From assembly GCF_009914755.1 (NCBI RefSeq), contig NC_060934.1: a stretch of 64,000 nucleotides of DNA. One strand, given 5' to 3'. Position numbers and translations under genes: made by a program. The notes beneath the pieces are model-generated. The model did no database searches, had not been told where the DNA came from, and worked only from the letters and a program-made list of their open reading frames with translations. Origin of the DNA: the human T2T-CHM13v2.0 reference genome, Homo sapiens. Positions 15,031-30,620 of the stretch are shown here, in pieces (the first letter of the stretch is position 1; every line of letters begins with the position of its first letter).

Positions 15031-16346
15031 GCATTATTTGAAAATAATTAAAATTATTTCAAAAACTGTTTATTGTGACTGATATGGATGCCTAAGGTCC
15101 TTGCATAAATGTGTCCTCACTTGATTTAGATGCCAAAATAGGAATCTGCACCTTGAATCTCATCATGAGCTCCATGAAGCTTTGGGTAGCCTCAAGAATT
15201 CTAGAGTGCAGGGGCTTAAATTCAAATAACTCTGGCAGAACACTGATGGCCTCCCTCCTCTGGCTGTATCATGCACAGCCTGCTTCAGCTAAGGGGACAG
15301 AAGGAGGGAGCCAGCATTTCTCTGAGAACCAATTATAAACACCTTGGGGGAACTCTCATGATCAGTAAGATGCTTTCTGAGCATTGCTTTATGCATATGC
15401 TAAGAAGCTGGGGCAAGAGTAGCTTTTTTTGTAATAGTACATTTTACGTAAATTTTTACTGAAGTGAACAGACATATACAAAAATATACAAATTATAATT
15501 ATATGGTTCGATTAATCTTTGCCAAGGGAACCATGTCACCCGCACTCAGATTCAATAATTGAACATTGTAAGCACCCAAGAAACTGACTTGCACCCTGTG
15601 TTGATCATGCCCCCCCAACAGTGATAGTCACCTCATTCTCCAGAGGCCTTAGGCATTGCCTCAGGATCATGGTGGAAGCTTCTCTGGGTGGGGCTGCTTG
15701 GGGACCAGCCATCCTGCAGTGGGCCCATGATAAGCACCTGTGGCGCCACACCCCTGGCTAGCAGGCCTGCTGGGAACACCTGTAGGAAGACCTTGGCAGG
15801 ATCATTGGCCCTTGAGTCAGCTGCTTGCTCAACTTCATGATCAGAGATAAAGGTGAATGCAAGTACTGTGGCCATGCCATGCTTAGGACTCGAGAATGGT
15901 GCAGCCTCTCTGTAGGCCAGGGAAGGACCACTAATATGGCTCCCAGCCAAGGGCCTCAGGGATTCTGAATGGCACAGTCTCTGCAGAACTTGCACTGTGT
16001 GGCTTCAGGTCTTCCAGGACAGCTAAAATGTGTGGGCCTTGAGGGTGCCTTTGGGTGCTCATAGCCTCATTAGGGAGATGAAGAGGTGAGCAGATGTCAC
16101 ATATGTCAAGACAGTGGAAGCATTAAGAAAGGGGAAAGGATGGGGAGGATATCACCCCAAAGGTATGGGAAAGGACCTGGTATGTCTGGAAAGTGAAGAA
16201 GGCCAGTGTGGCTGGAACAAAAGGCACCTGGCCAGAGAGCTGGGAGATGAGGGCAGACAAGGAGGAAGGGGATTTCCAGGCAAGGCTGAAGCCTGGATTT
16301 ACCCAGAAGGCAATGAAGAGCCACCAGACACTTTAGGGGGCCCATG

Positions 16347-17008
16347 GTGTTGTAAAATGAAGCATTTGGGCTTTGTCCCAGGTTCCTGGAAGGGAGCTTG
16401 GCATTTTCAGGGTGGCAGGAGTGTCTTTGCTATTCATCGTGGGTCCCTGGGGCCACACCAGAGTTTATGCTGACCAGGTGCTTCAAGGTGGGACTCCATA
16501 GCTTCAGGATGCAGGCTGGCCAACCATGGCAAGACCAGCCATGTGAATAAAGGGTCAGGACTTTGAGCCACATGATATCAGCCTGACCTCTGGGGAGAGA
16601 GTGGGTATTGGAATTGAGTACAAAGGTGTAAGCAATGATTTCATCAATCATGCCTAGGTAACAAACCCCAATAAAAACTCTGGACATTGTAGCTCAGTGC
16701 AGCCACCCTGGTTGGTAATCGTATAACCGTGTTCTGGGAGGCTTCACATTTGGGAATCTCCCCAAACCTCTCCCTGTGCATCTTTTCATTTAGCTTGTCC
16801 TGATTTGTACCAATCAATAAAACTGGAATTGTAAGTGCAGAGGTTGGTGAGTCATTCTAATGAATTATTTATTCAACTTGAAGCCCTGAGTGGGAGCCTC
16901 TATCTTGGTAGCCAGTGATTGGAAGTGTGGGTGCACTGGGAATGCAGCTGGCATCCTGCAGGGCCCTAAGTCTGTGGCATCTGTGCTAACATCAGGTGGT
17001 TACTGTCA
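16347..17008 (+). mobile_element. ERVL-type LTR (MER21-like)
   Basis: ctttgtcccaggttcctgg...caatcatgcctaggtaacaaaccccaataaaaactctggac...tgtgctaac. Confidence 0.65.
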
Positions 17009-17474
17009 AGACTTTCTTCACTCAGTCAGGTCTGTGCTTCAGGTGCACTGCTCTGTGGAGTGGGGAGGGGGCCTGGAGTGCATTTCTGCTCATGGGGCTC
17101 ATGATTTGAACTCAGGCCTAATATGTTAATGAGCAGACACCTGGCCAAGCCCTGGGGGCCTCAAAAAACCAAGACAGGGGAAGCATCAAGAATGTGATGA
17201 GAGAGTACGCGGCCATGGGAGTGTCACCTTTGCCTTCTCTTCTCCCTGTGGCTGGAAAGGCTGGCCTGTCTGGCTGCCCAAGGATAGATGGGGAGAGGTT
17301 TAATTGAATCACCTACTGTGTTGGGTAAAGTAAACTGTCGTCATTGCAAATATAATCAGGACTGTATTTTAACAGTAGAAAATGTGATTATAATGACATA
17401 TTTATCAGCTCCTTTCACCTGGGTGGATCTGAGGACATTTCAGAAAACAAGTGATTGGAATTGCTTGGCCTACC

Positions 17475-17662
17475 TCACACACTTACACACACACACTCTC
17501 ACACACTCACAGAGACACACACTTATAAGCACACACAGTCCTGTGCATGCACACAAGTGTATACACAGTCCTGTGCATGCACACAAGTGTATACACACCC
17601 ACGCACATTTCCACATGCATGTGTGTGCACACTCACATACACAAACACACAGAGACACACCC
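17475..17662. repeat. Degenerate (CA)n tract with an internal 30-bp tandem duplication
   Basis: acacagtcctgtgcatgcacacaagtgtat present twice. Confidence 0.85.
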
Positions 17663-17989
17663 TTACAGGGCATCTGGTGCTCTGGCCTGCTCTGACACGC
17701 AGCCCCTCCTGGGAGTGGGCAGTAAGCATTGGGGGGACATGTAGGTAGTCCCTGGGGAAGCTGGAAGGCTGACCACCTGGCGAGCAGCAGGGCGCACTCA
17801 CTGGAGCCCCTGCCTGGATGAGCTAGCTTTGCTCAGCTCCAGCTGTGGTTCCCTCTGTAGACTGTGGGATCAGAAAGCCCTCATCACATGATGTAACTCT
17901 CACAAGGCTGCAATCTACTTCCCTGTCCAGGTCCCAGAGGCTCCAGGCTCTTTGTGGAGTCACCTGCTTGGGCAGCCACGGTTCTGTGG

Positions 17990-18235
17990 AGCTGCTTGTC
18001 AGAGAGTGCGCAGGCTCTGGAGTCAGTCAGACCTGGGTTTGACTGCTGACTCCATCTCTTACCTGCTGTGTGGCCATGAGCAAATGCCTATTCTCACTGG
18101 GACTCAGTTTCCTCATCTACAAAGTGAAACGTGTTCATACTTCCCTTATGGTCAGTGAGGATGGAATGGGATAACATTCTGCACCCCGCCTGGCACCACA
18201 GGCATATGAGGTATTCGATAAGTGAATGATTGTGC
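17990..18235 (+). mobile_element. MIR
   Basis: ggctctggagtcagtcagacctgggtttg...ctcagtttcctcatctacaaa. Confidence 0.75.
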
Positions 18236-18493
18236 CAGACAAGAAAGCTGCCTGCCCTCCTCCTCCTCGGCCCTGTGCAGGGACTGGGGTGGATGAGAAA
18301 GCCCGTGTTTCCTGAACACCTGTTTGCACCAGGCACCTATTTGGCTGCTGCCTGGATGTCCTTCTCAGGTTCCAGCTCAGGTCTCTTGGACCAGTCCCCT
18401 GGTCTGGGGTAGGGATGCCTGGAACGGCTCTAGCGGCAAGGCCATATCTCGCCAGGCTGCCAGGATGAGCTGAGCATTGTGTCCACGGTGGGT

Positions 18494-19098
18494 GTCTGAA
18501 GGAAATAATGTATACAGTGGTCCATTTCCAAGACCAAGTGCCTTGAATCGGCTTAGGTCAGCAAACTATAGAAGCAACAGGACATACTAGGCCCCTGCTT
18601 GGATAGCTGCTGCCTGCTTGTCGGCCTCCCCCTTCTTCCCTCTTCCCCACCCCCTTAGTTGCCCTCACCCGAACCAAAGAAGTTTAGATAAAAGTTTATT
18701 AGTCTGCAAGATAGCTTGATTTGTCTCTTCTTGTCAGCCTGCCTAGCTACTTAGGTCATAAGTCAAACACTTGAAGAGCCCCTGAGCTGACTAGGATTGC
18801 AATGCATTGTGAGCTGCAACAAAATGCAGCAAGACAACCCTAAAAAAAAACACCTAAAGCCCCTACCTAACAATCAATAGGCAACATCCGGGAAAATTGT
18901 GACCCCATAGTACTCAGTCTATGAGCAACTGGGGGAGGGACCCGTACTCTAGGGATAAACTGCTTGTCGAAACTGCTGGGTGTGCTTGTCCATCAGACAC
19001 CCGATCTTGCAAGTTCATCATTAAAAGTTTCACTTTCGCTGTTCTCTGGGTATCTGAGTCCATTCTTTGGGTTTGGACGGGTAAGTTTGTTTCTCACA
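18494..19098 (+). mobile_element. ERV solo LTR (family not assigned)
   Basis: TG...CA ends, TATA-like gggataaa, ATTAAA polyA signal at about 19020, LTR-like U5 end ...gtttgtttctcaca. Confidence 0.7.
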
Positions 19099-22000
19099 TG
19101 TACAAGCCAGAGGTCCATGAGTGAGAATCGGGGGCCAAGGAGCTTTGTCCATGGGGCCGTAATGGGATGAGAGGGCAGAGGTTATCAAACTCTGAGGGCT
19201 GGAGGAAGACATGGTTTCTACCTCTTATCTCATTTCCTACTCATTTAGCCTTCGGAGGCAGGCACTGCCGCTATCCCACCGAGGAGGAGTCTGACACTGT
19301 GGGCGGTGAAGGCCACAGTTACCCGGTGAGTAGCTGGGCTGGACTCCACCCTTGCTCCCTCCTACAATCAACCTCCTGCTCCTCCCAACAACTTTCCTGA
19401 AAGGAGGCAGTGACCACTGTGCCCTTGCAGCCTCCCCGGCAACCGACTTCTGAATCATCCCACTGCAGAGATCTCATTACCGCAGTGAGTGTGGCTCCAG
19501 CCTCCCCTCCCTTGGCTGCTAATGAGCGCCCTAATTTGATTGCCTCCAAATGAGTGTGATGCAAAATTAAAAGATGCCAGAAGACATGACCATAAATCCA
19601 GTGAGTTGGCTTCAATTTATTATGTTTGAATTCAATTAGATTTCTCCTCCGATGTTTTCCGAATATTTATCTAGCTGCTGGCTACAGAACGATAACTGGA
19701 AGGGGCTGTTACTGTTTAATTCCAGCCTCCTCCATTCAGCTTGGGCTCTGGCAATACCGTTGGATGGAAAATCTCAGCCTGGATGTGGGGAGGTCAAGGG
19801 AGTTCAAGGTCAGCTGCTGAGCCTTCTGCCAGCCAGCCAGCATATTTCCTGTTGGGGAAGGGATTCAAAGCAATATACCCTATTAAAATGTTTTAAAAAT
19901 GATTTTTAGTGCATAAACACTACAAGGGACTCCACAGAAGGGAGTGTTGGTGTCAAGGCCTTTGTTGTGTCACAGGCAGCAGGGGGGATGGGGATCTGGG
20001 GTCTGGGCTCAGCCTGGCCACGAACTTTGTGTGACTTGGGAAAATCACTAACCTTTTCCAGCCTTGGCTTCTCCATTTGCAAAACGACGGAGTTGGACTC
20101 TGGGAACTGTTTTCAGTGGCCCTGGATTCTGCACTGCTACTCTCCTTTTAGTTTCAGGGTGTTTGCCCACTCTCCTTCCCCACCCCCACAGCCATGTGTC
20201 CTGCTTGACCCTGGGAACCTGACGTCTTTAAGCTGCCTCTCAGGCTTTCTTACTGACTGGGCAGAGGTTGGAATTAGCCAGTGGGAGACTCTAGCTGGAA
20301 GGCAAAAGTATAGGAAGAGAGAGAGTGGTCAGTGTATCCCCCCACCCCGTCCCCACTGCCCCTCCCCAAGGCTGTGTCTCTCCAAGACATCAGCTCCTGC
20401 TGGAAACCCCTTCTCCACATCTCTAGCTCTTACTGGCTGTGGCAACACTATTCCTCTCTGTCTAGCCCCATGAGTAACAGCATCCTAGAGTTGTTTGTTT
20501 TCGTGCTTCTCAACATCTCTGTTCATCCTCTTCACCTGGCCACACTTCTGTAAGGACTACTGCCATTAAAGTCTCATCATTTGAAGCATTCAATGCCATT
20601 TCTTGCCATGACCCTGAACAATGCAGATACTAAATCCATTTTTCGACTGTGGTTTTCCATGGAGGGCTCCCCAGGTCTAGAGGGGAGCTGAGACAAAAGC
20701 ATTCCCGGCTTGGGAGCCTGTTGTGCAGTTGGGGAGGTCCCAGAGCACCAAGGCCAAGCTGGGGAGACGTTGTCCCTACGGGCATGGCCAGGCCTCCGGC
20801 CTCAGGGAGGAGAGGGAGACGGTGATCATGGAGGGGAGGCCCTGGGAGTGAGAAGCTGGGGGAATTGTTCCACCCTGCCCCTCCCCCCAACCTCCAGAGA
20901 GCGAAAGACGATGGGATGTGGGAGGAGGGCAAAGGGGAAGAGGAAGAGGCTCCCTGTCCTGCTGGGTCCTTAGCCAAGTTGGAAGTGGGAGAGTGAGAAG
21001 CCCCCATCTAGGGTAAAGGAGTATGCCCCCAGGGGAGGAGAGAAAGGCTGATGACACAGAGGGCTCATTTGCTCTGAAATGGGCCTCCCAGTGGAACAGT
21101 GACGAAGAGGCAGAGTCAGCCGTGGCGGAAGAGCAGGAAGGAGAGGAGTCCCAGAGCAGGATGGAGGGAGCATCAGGGAGATGGGTGGATGGCCAGGGCT
21201 GGCCTATGGGGCGATGACCAAAGGTTGCAGGGGTGGGTTCAGGAATGAGACCAATGAAGTCTCCTGATTTATGGCTTCCAGCTTTGGTGTAAGTCAATGA
21301 CCTGAATCCCTGGAGAAGGGTGGGGAATCTGACTCTGAATATGTGGCCCAGGAGCCCTGCATGAAGGAGCTGGGGCCTGAAGAGTAACTCTGCATTGAGT
21401 ACTAGGCCTCCAAATCAGATCCTGGCCAGCTGCTGTCTCTGATGGCTCCCAGTCCTCCCCTCAGACCCACGGCTGTAGGCCAGACTGGCAGGGGCAAGAG
21501 GCAGGAGCCAAGTGGGACATGTCCAGTGTCCTGGCCAAACATACACTGGACGCAGATGAGCCATATGCCTGGGAAACAGAGAAATGGGGTGAGGCCAGGT
21601 CTTCTTGTGAGAATGAATGTGCCTTACTCTCTCCTGGAGAGAGGGTGATGACAAGAGTTCATTCATTCATTCATAATTGCTTTTTGATTTAAGCAGGCGA
21701 GTTTGTTGTTTAACAGGCTGGGAACATCTCTCTTTTATTGAAACATGTGACATAGCAGGTTAAACTCCTAAAGATTCAGCACAGCAGATGAGAATCAAGG
21801 AGTTTCCTTCTTAAAAAGCATAACTTGCATATGAATGAAGATGATTCCAAATTATGTTTTTTCCCCATGACCCTAAAATTTTATCCCAAATGGAGTTATC
21901 ATATTAGATATTGATCAGATCAGCATTTCACATCAAAGCTCAGGACATCCATCTAAATATTTAAAAATCTTTCACTCTCACAGCACATCTTGTGATCAAT

Positions 22001-22605
22001 GTAAAACAAACAGATAGGAACAAATCAAATATGAGAGAAGGGTTTATGGTGAGAGAAAACAGTTTCTATCCTCTCCCCTCCCCAGTCCTGGCCTCACTCT
22101 CCAGAGGCAACTTCTTGTAAACATTTCCATTTTTAGTACTTCTGGTGGGCGCCTCCACAATGCTTAGTAGCATGTATAGGCACCCTTATTTTTTTATTCA
22201 TCTGGAGAAAATTTATCTACCTCCTGTGACGGAACATAAGAAATGGCCTCATTATGCACCTCTGCTTCCTCCCTTCATCCTTCCAAAGTTTTATCATTTT
22301 GGCATAATTATTTTTAGTTTTCTGTTATTTACTTTTAAAACTTTAAACCATATAATTGTACTTTGATTCTGCATTCCATCCACCTCAGGGAGAGTAACGG
22401 TCTGGGGCGGTCAGGTTGGGTCTGTTCCCATACCCTCCCCTTCTTCTGAAAGGACTCTCCCCTCCCTCCCGGGGGCCTGTGCCCATGACCAGCCAGTCAC
22501 AGGGCCAGGCATATGTCCTGGGCCCTGGCCACTGTGGGATACAGGCATGCTCCCCAATCTTGACCACTAGGAATCCTGCAGGACTTTCACTACTAAAACT
22601 GCTCT

Positions 22606-23884
<1,279 letters not shown>

Positions 23885-24226
23885 AAAACTGCTCTCTTTT
23901 GTTCTGGGATTACCTCTAGGAAGGAAATGTAAAATCAGCTCTTGTAGGGTGCCTCCAGGCCCCTGACACGTGGAAAGATCGTGCAGGAGAAAACCAACCC
24001 AGAGGTCAGTGGAGGTGGAGAGGAAGTTGTGAGAGAGATCAAGCTGTGGTGGTGAGAAAGGCAGCTGGTCCTGCTCACTGAAGCCTCCATTGCTTCCGGA
24101 CTGTCACAGTTACACCGACCTGACAATTTCAGTATTAGCATTAGAGAATTGTTTCAGCTTTCCAACTAACGCAGGGTGTATTGTACTCCCCACCTCAGGT
24201 AAGATGAGAATTAGCACGTAGGCTGC

Positions 24227-24772
24227 CTGTGCTAGTTTTCTGTTGCTGCTGTAACAAATTTCCACAAATTTATGATTTGCTTAGAGCACCACAAATCTTA
24301 CAGTTCTGGAGGCCAGAAGTCCAGCATGGGCCTCACGGGGCTAAAATCAGTGTCACAGGGCAGCTGTGTTCCCATGAGGCGGCTGTGTTCCCATAAGGCT
24401 CCGGGTGGAGACTGTTTCCTTGCCTTTTCCAGCTTCTAGAAGCTGATGGAGTTCCTTGGCCAGCCACTTTCTCCCTCCTTTGTCACAGCAGGTGTGGCTT
24501 CACTCTGACCTCTTCTGCTTCTCCCTTCCACCGAAGGGCCCCTGTGGTTACACTGGGTACACCTGGGGGCTTAGCCTGTCTAATATTGCCACACCCTCTT
24601 GTGAATCTTCTTTTTTCTTTTCTAAGAGATGGGGTCTCGCTTTGTTGCCTAGGCTGGAGTAGGGTGGTGTGACGGTAACTCACTGCAGGCTTCAATTCCT
24701 GTCCTCAAGCGATCCTCCTGCCTCAGCCTCCCAAAGTGCTGGGATTACAGGTGGGAGCCACAGTGCTAGGCC
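24227..24772 (-). mobile_element. MLT1 LTR fragment followed by a partial old Alu (FLAM/AluJ-like)
   Basis: tagttttctgttgctgctgtaacaaatt...; Alu-like segment at about 24610-24772. Confidence 0.7.
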
Positions 24773-27700
24773 TCTCATGAACCTTGTCTTCCAGAAATGT
24801 GTTGGACTCTCATCCATTAGTAAGCCATCTTTCTCTCTTTTTTAATGCTTTTCCCTTATAGATTTACTTCATTTTAAATTTATAAGCTTAAATTTCAGTG
24901 ATGATGTCTTAGGAAGAACAGGAGAGGAGGAACAAAGGAACAAACTTCTTTAATGGGAAGCTGAAAGGACCCTTTTAAAAGTGTGCAGTGGAGAGATCCT
25001 GGGCTTGGTCTCTGGTAAACCTGGTGAATGGTGGGTTAACACTCCCTCCCTCACTCGGTGTTGCTGGGAGGATAAGACAGAACATGTGGCGAGCAGGTGT
25101 CCAATAGCTGCCTCTTGCTATGTGCAGCCAGTGCCACATCCAGGCTGAGTGCTGTGGGGAGTGTGGCTCATCCCACTGGGGCCACCCCAGGCCTCGCTCA
25201 CTGGAGACTCCAGAATCAGGGCTGACTGAGCAGCTTGTGGCACTGAAGAATGTTCTAGAAAAGGAGGTGTGTCCTCCTTGGAAGGGGAAGCTTCATGGTG
25301 GGTGAGCTGAGGGTAAGGGGTGGGTGAGGGCCATTTGAAGAGTCACCTCCCCTACATTCTTTTATCTTTTGGAGCCTCCATCCACGCCACTTCAAACAAT
25401 GAACACACACATCCAAGTCAGTAAGTGCACTTTGTGTATATCTATATAAGTGATGCGCAATTACTGTATAACAGTTCACTAGCTGACCTGACATTATTCA
25501 CATATCGTAGGCATGTGACTAATTGTAGGTGTGTAATGAAGTGTTCACATCTTATTACATATTTAATTCCTAAGGCATTTCTACAGTTTTATTTGAGAAT
25601 TTTGGAACTGCCAGTGTGTTTTTCATTTTTCAAACCTTTTCACAGGCCCTGAAAAAACCCAAAGGCCTTATATTCTGGGACCGTAATGGACAAAACAGCC
25701 CTGGGAAGTATGCTTGGGAGGATGGCGAAGGCTGGGTTTGCTGAGGGAGGTGCCAGCTAAGGTGCTGGGCACACCAGAGGCAAGGGATCTGGACCACAAC
25801 TGTCAGTTTGATGAACACACTAATGGTGGAGTGACCCCCACCAGGAGTGGCCAGCAAGCAGGGTCCAACAGGAAAGACATCTGGGAGGCCAGCAGGTGGA
25901 ATCCTGGCTCTGCCACCTTCGTGCTATGTGATATCAGCCAAGTTACTTGCCCTCTCTGATTCTCAAATGCTCGGAGGCCCTTTGACCTCTAGAGTCTATG
26001 GGACCTGAGTGACCACAGGGCTCTGGTTTGTTGGTGGCTGCCTCTTTATTTAACTCCTTTTCTCAAATATGGTCTATGGGCTTTGCTTAAAGTGAGGTGT
26101 CCTGTGCACACTCTTCTCCATGACTTTGAGGCCGTGAGAAGGCCCGCCCTGCAGAAGGACTGAGGAAACTAGTGCTGGAGTCTCTTTTCTTGTATCAGTG
26201 AAGGAAGGGGAGAGAGGAGATAAAGTGCTCAGGTTACAGAATGTGAGGATCGTGCCCCTTTTTTCCAACTGAAGACATTCCTAGGCGTTTTATCTCCCCT
26301 GTTGCAACTCCTAAATCACAAAAACCTTATGCATCCAGTTTGGCTGACATCCACCTGCAATGGGAGTGAGTGAGATTGAGCCACTCCTCAGGTGAATGGA
26401 AAATTAAGGCCAACCAAGGCCCACCCCATGCCCCACTGTGGGGTCTAAAAGGAGCAGGCACTGGCCTGCTTTCTTTTTCCCTAAAGAAAGCTCTTTGGGG
26501 ACCCAGCAGAAACAGCAGAGGTGGGGATGCGAGCTTCCGCCTGCATTTGTTCCAGGGTGGGCCAGTGAGGATTTGGGAGGAATGGTGTGGAAAGGCCCTG
26601 CCCAAGAAGGCTGGATGCTGGCTGGGGAATGCCCAGGGTGCCAGCTCCCTACCCTGGGGAAAGGCCAGGCTGGCATATGCCGGAGCCAGGGTCCAAGGTC
26701 ACAGAGAGGCCACACCTGGGCACCCCTCCCAGCAAGGGAAGGTCCAAGCTGGGAATTACTTCTCTTTGGAAAGTGAGGGGAGTGGTACAGAAATATTGCT
26801 ATTGTTGCTGTTGTCCTGTCACTTCTGGCATTGGAAATGGTGTTGAGCTTCTACGTGACGGGCATTGGAGGTCAAACCTGAAACAGGTGAGGCCCATCCC
26901 TTTACTAGGCTCACGTTCTAGGTAGGGAGGAGGCAGGTACCTCCTCCACCTAAGAAACAACAAGAGATAGAGAATGCAGTAACTGTCCTAAAGAGAAAAA
27001 CCAGGGGATGGAGAGAGAATAATGGTTGTCAGGACGGGTCAGACTTTAGGATGGTAAATGAGGAGTGGTCTCTGAGAAGGGATGAGGCAGAGGAAGTGAG
27101 GCTCAGGGAAGTGAAGCACTTGCCCAAGGCAGCCTGCTGGTCATGGCAGAGCTGGCAAGCTCATTCCTTCCTCATTATGTCAACCTTCTGGGACCAGAGT
27201 CTGGGCAGGGCAGAAACTACTGCACCAGGGGTGCGTGGCTCCAGCAGAGAGAGACAAAGTGCCCCATGCAATCCAGAAACTGAGCCCTCTGGGCTCAATC
27301 TTCAAAGGAATGACTCTCAGAGTTGTGTCCCCTGCCTTTTCTTCACCATGGAACTTTTCCCAGCTCCACTCTGGTGGGCTTGGGGACAGGACCTGCCCTC
27401 TGCAAAGTGATGACCAAGGATAAGTCGGATTTTCAAGGAGACCTTGGAGAACACCACCCTCTTATTGTGCAAAAGAGGAAACAGGTCCAGAGAGGGTGAG
27501 CCATTTTTTCAGCATCACACAGCTGACCTGGAGCAGAGTTTCCTAAAAGCTCCCTCGGTGCTCTTTCCCCTGCTGTGGCTAGACCCCTCCACAGGAACTT
27601 AACAGGAACCCAAAGGAACGAGTCACTCATGGCAGAATCACTAATGTGATGGAGGGCAGGAGTGAGAGACGGCATAATGTCAATGCTGGCACACTCCTGG

Positions 27701-28717
27701 CACACGGGAAGCTGTCCATGAGTGGTTGCTTCCCACCACTTCCATCGCCCAGTTTGGGACATGTCTGAGATCCAGTGCTGAGCCCAGGGTCTAGCATGTC
27801 ATGGGAGCTCAGGAGTTCCTAATTGACTACATGAATGCTAAGGTGTGGGATGTGCTCCTTCCTGCTTTCTCATTCTCAAAGAACACTCTTATACACCTGG
27901 TTGTGGGGAGGGTATATAGGCAATCAACTTTTGCGTACTCACTTCCATTGTAGGATCATGCATGCATGTGGACGTGCACACACACACAAACACAAATGCA
28001 CACACACACACACACCTGCCTTCTCAAACTTGTGGGACCAGAAAGGATGCTGCAAGGCCTAAGATAATAATTGCTGGTCTCTTTTTTCTTATGCTTTAGC
28101 AGGAAAAACACACTCTTCCAAGCACACAGCTGCAGAGGTCTTCCTGAGCATCATGTAGTCTTTAATCATGTTGTGGAGGACAGGATGATCTGTGCCTCAG
28201 GAATCAGCTTAGTTGATAACTCAATTCCATGGCTGGGCCCCATTTGTAAGCAGTCATGGCACATCCCATGGAAACCTATAATCTAATTATGGCTGCTGCA
28301 TCAGTCCTCATCCTTCATGCTGTCATCCACAGCTCCTCACCACCCATCTTACTTGGATGAAGGCTCTCTGAGGTATGAAGGGCAAACATCTGATCCTTCC
28401 ACTGGAGGCCTAGGCTGCTTTCCTTATTCTCACAGCAGCCACAAGTATTGGGATCACAGCTTGAAAGGCTCTTCTTGGTCCGTGGGACTGAGGCAGTCAG
28501 GACAATTTCAGGCCTTTAGTGAATGGAGGCATTTCATTACTTCAGATCTCACCTAGTCTTGGAGGTCTTGGGCATTTTTAGAACTCACCCAGCCAGGCTG
28601 CCACTCAGGGTGAGGCTACCTGGATTGTTTATTGGTAACGAATGTTTGAATCAGAGACCGTTAGAAAACCAAAAATGAAGATTTTAACAATACAAAAAGC
28701 AGAACCTAAAGAGGTTT

Positions 28718-29790
28718 AATCAGTAGGATTGGTACCAGTTCTTTGTATGTCTGATAGAATTTAGCTGTGAATCCATCTAGTCCAGGGCTTTTTGTTGTTG
28801 TCGTTGGTAGGTTTTTTATTATTGGTTTAATTTCAGAGCTTGATATTGGTCTAGTCAGGGTATCAGTCTCTTCCTGATTCAATCTTGGGAGATTGTATGT
28901 TCCCAGGAATTTATCCATTTCCTCTAGATTTTCTAATTTGTGTGCATAGAATTACTCACAGTATTTTCTGAGGATCTTTTGTATTTCTGCATGTATCAGT
29001 ATGCCATACTGTTCAAGCACATGGACTTTGCAGTTGGACATTCCTGAGTACAAATTCTGCTTCTGGCAGAGCATTTAGGTGACTTAGTCTGCTGACTAAG
29101 CTGCAGTATCTTCATCTGCAAATGAAGATGAATTGTAATATCTTTGTCATTTCTCACAGTACTTATTTGGAAATTCTTTTTTCTTTGTTAATCTAGCTAG
29201 TGGTCTCTCAGTCTTGTTTATTTTTTTGAAAATCAACTTTTGGTTTCATTTATCTTTTGTATGGATTTTTGCATCTCAATTTCATTAAGTTCTTCTTTAA
29301 TTTTAGTTATTTATTTTCTTCTGCTAGCTTTGGGGTTGGTTTGCTCTTTTTCTCTAGTTCTTCTAGGTGCAAACTTAGACTGTTAATTTGAGATTGTTTT
29401 AACTTCTTGGTGAAGGCATTTAACGTTATAAACTTTCCTCTTAACACTGCTTTGGCTGCATCCCAGAGACTTTGTTAAGTTGTATCTCCATTTTCATTAC
29501 TTTCAAAGATTTTTTTATTTCTGCCTTAATTTTGATTTTCACCTAGGAGTTAATCAGGAAAAAGTTGTTTAATATCCATGTATTTGTGTAGTTTTGAGAG
29601 ATCTTCTTGATATTAGTTTCTATTTTTATCGCACTGTGGTCCAAGAGTGTGTTTGGTATAATTTCAATTTTTTAAAATTTATTGAGACTTGCTTTATGAC
29701 TCAGCATATGGTTGATCTGAGAATATGTTCTGTGTACAGATAGGAAGAATGTATATTCTGTGGTTGTTGGGTGGAGTGAATGTCTATGAG
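28718..29790 (-). mobile_element. L1 ORF2 fragment (antisense)
   Basis: ORF 28706-28918 ([17 protein letters not shown]...[17 protein letters not shown]) is L1 ORF2; interrupted at 28988-29129. Confidence 0.9.
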
Positions 29791-30399
29791 GCCCCTGTAG
29801 ATAAAATAATAGCTGAAATTAGAAAAAGAGGTTTAACCAGCTTTACTCATTTAAAATGCAAATGTGCTATTAGATAAGGGCCACATCACTTGGCATCAGG
29901 CCATAAGACAAGATGTGTCTGGATTATCCTGGGATTAATACTCATTTCCAAACTTCTAGGACTATTGAGAGTTGTTTTTTTTTTCTAGAAATCTCTGATG
30001 GACTACATTTGTTCCATAGTTCAGCCTCATCATCTTATGAACTATTTAGATAAGGGATAGAAAGTATCTTTTGAATTCATGTCAGCACCAATAGATTGGT
30101 GGTGGCTGCTTTAAAAACTGGGCCTAGAAGGATTCTGAATTCTTAACTGGGCTTAGAGCGAAAGAATGCCATGTTCAAAGAAGAAAGTTATCAATGGCTG
30201 CAGGAGGGGTGAGGTGGCCCATGTGTCACATGACTTGCTATCTTTGCACTGGGCAACCCTAACCTCTGAGAGGGTCCTTGTTGAATAAGATAAGTAGGTC
30301 CAGCCCTCAAGTTGTTATCAGTATAGCAGAGATGGTGAGCCACGAAGTGCTGCCAGATCACTGTATTGTGTTCTGGTCATGGCAGGTGCATGTATCAGT

Positions 30400-30620
30400 A
30401 TGCCATACTGTTCAAGCACATGGACTTTGCAGTTGGCCATTCCTGAGTACAAATTCCGCTTCTGACAGAGCATTTAGATGACTTAGTCTGCTGACTAAGC
30501 TGCAGTATCTTCATCTGCAAATGAAGATAATACCCACCTCACAGGGTAGCTGGGGTCATTAAATGATATCAGATTTCAAAGCATTAGATGCTCACCTTGT
30601 AGTAATCATTATTACTATAA
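30400..30620 (+). mobile_element. MIR
   Basis: cagtatcttcatctgcaaatgaagataatacccacctcacagggt... Confidence 0.7.

Noticed and set aside
21023-21217. Acidic ORF (NSDEEAESAVAEEQEGEES)
   Set aside because: Purine-rich low-complexity DNA; no recognisable family and no exon structure I can support.
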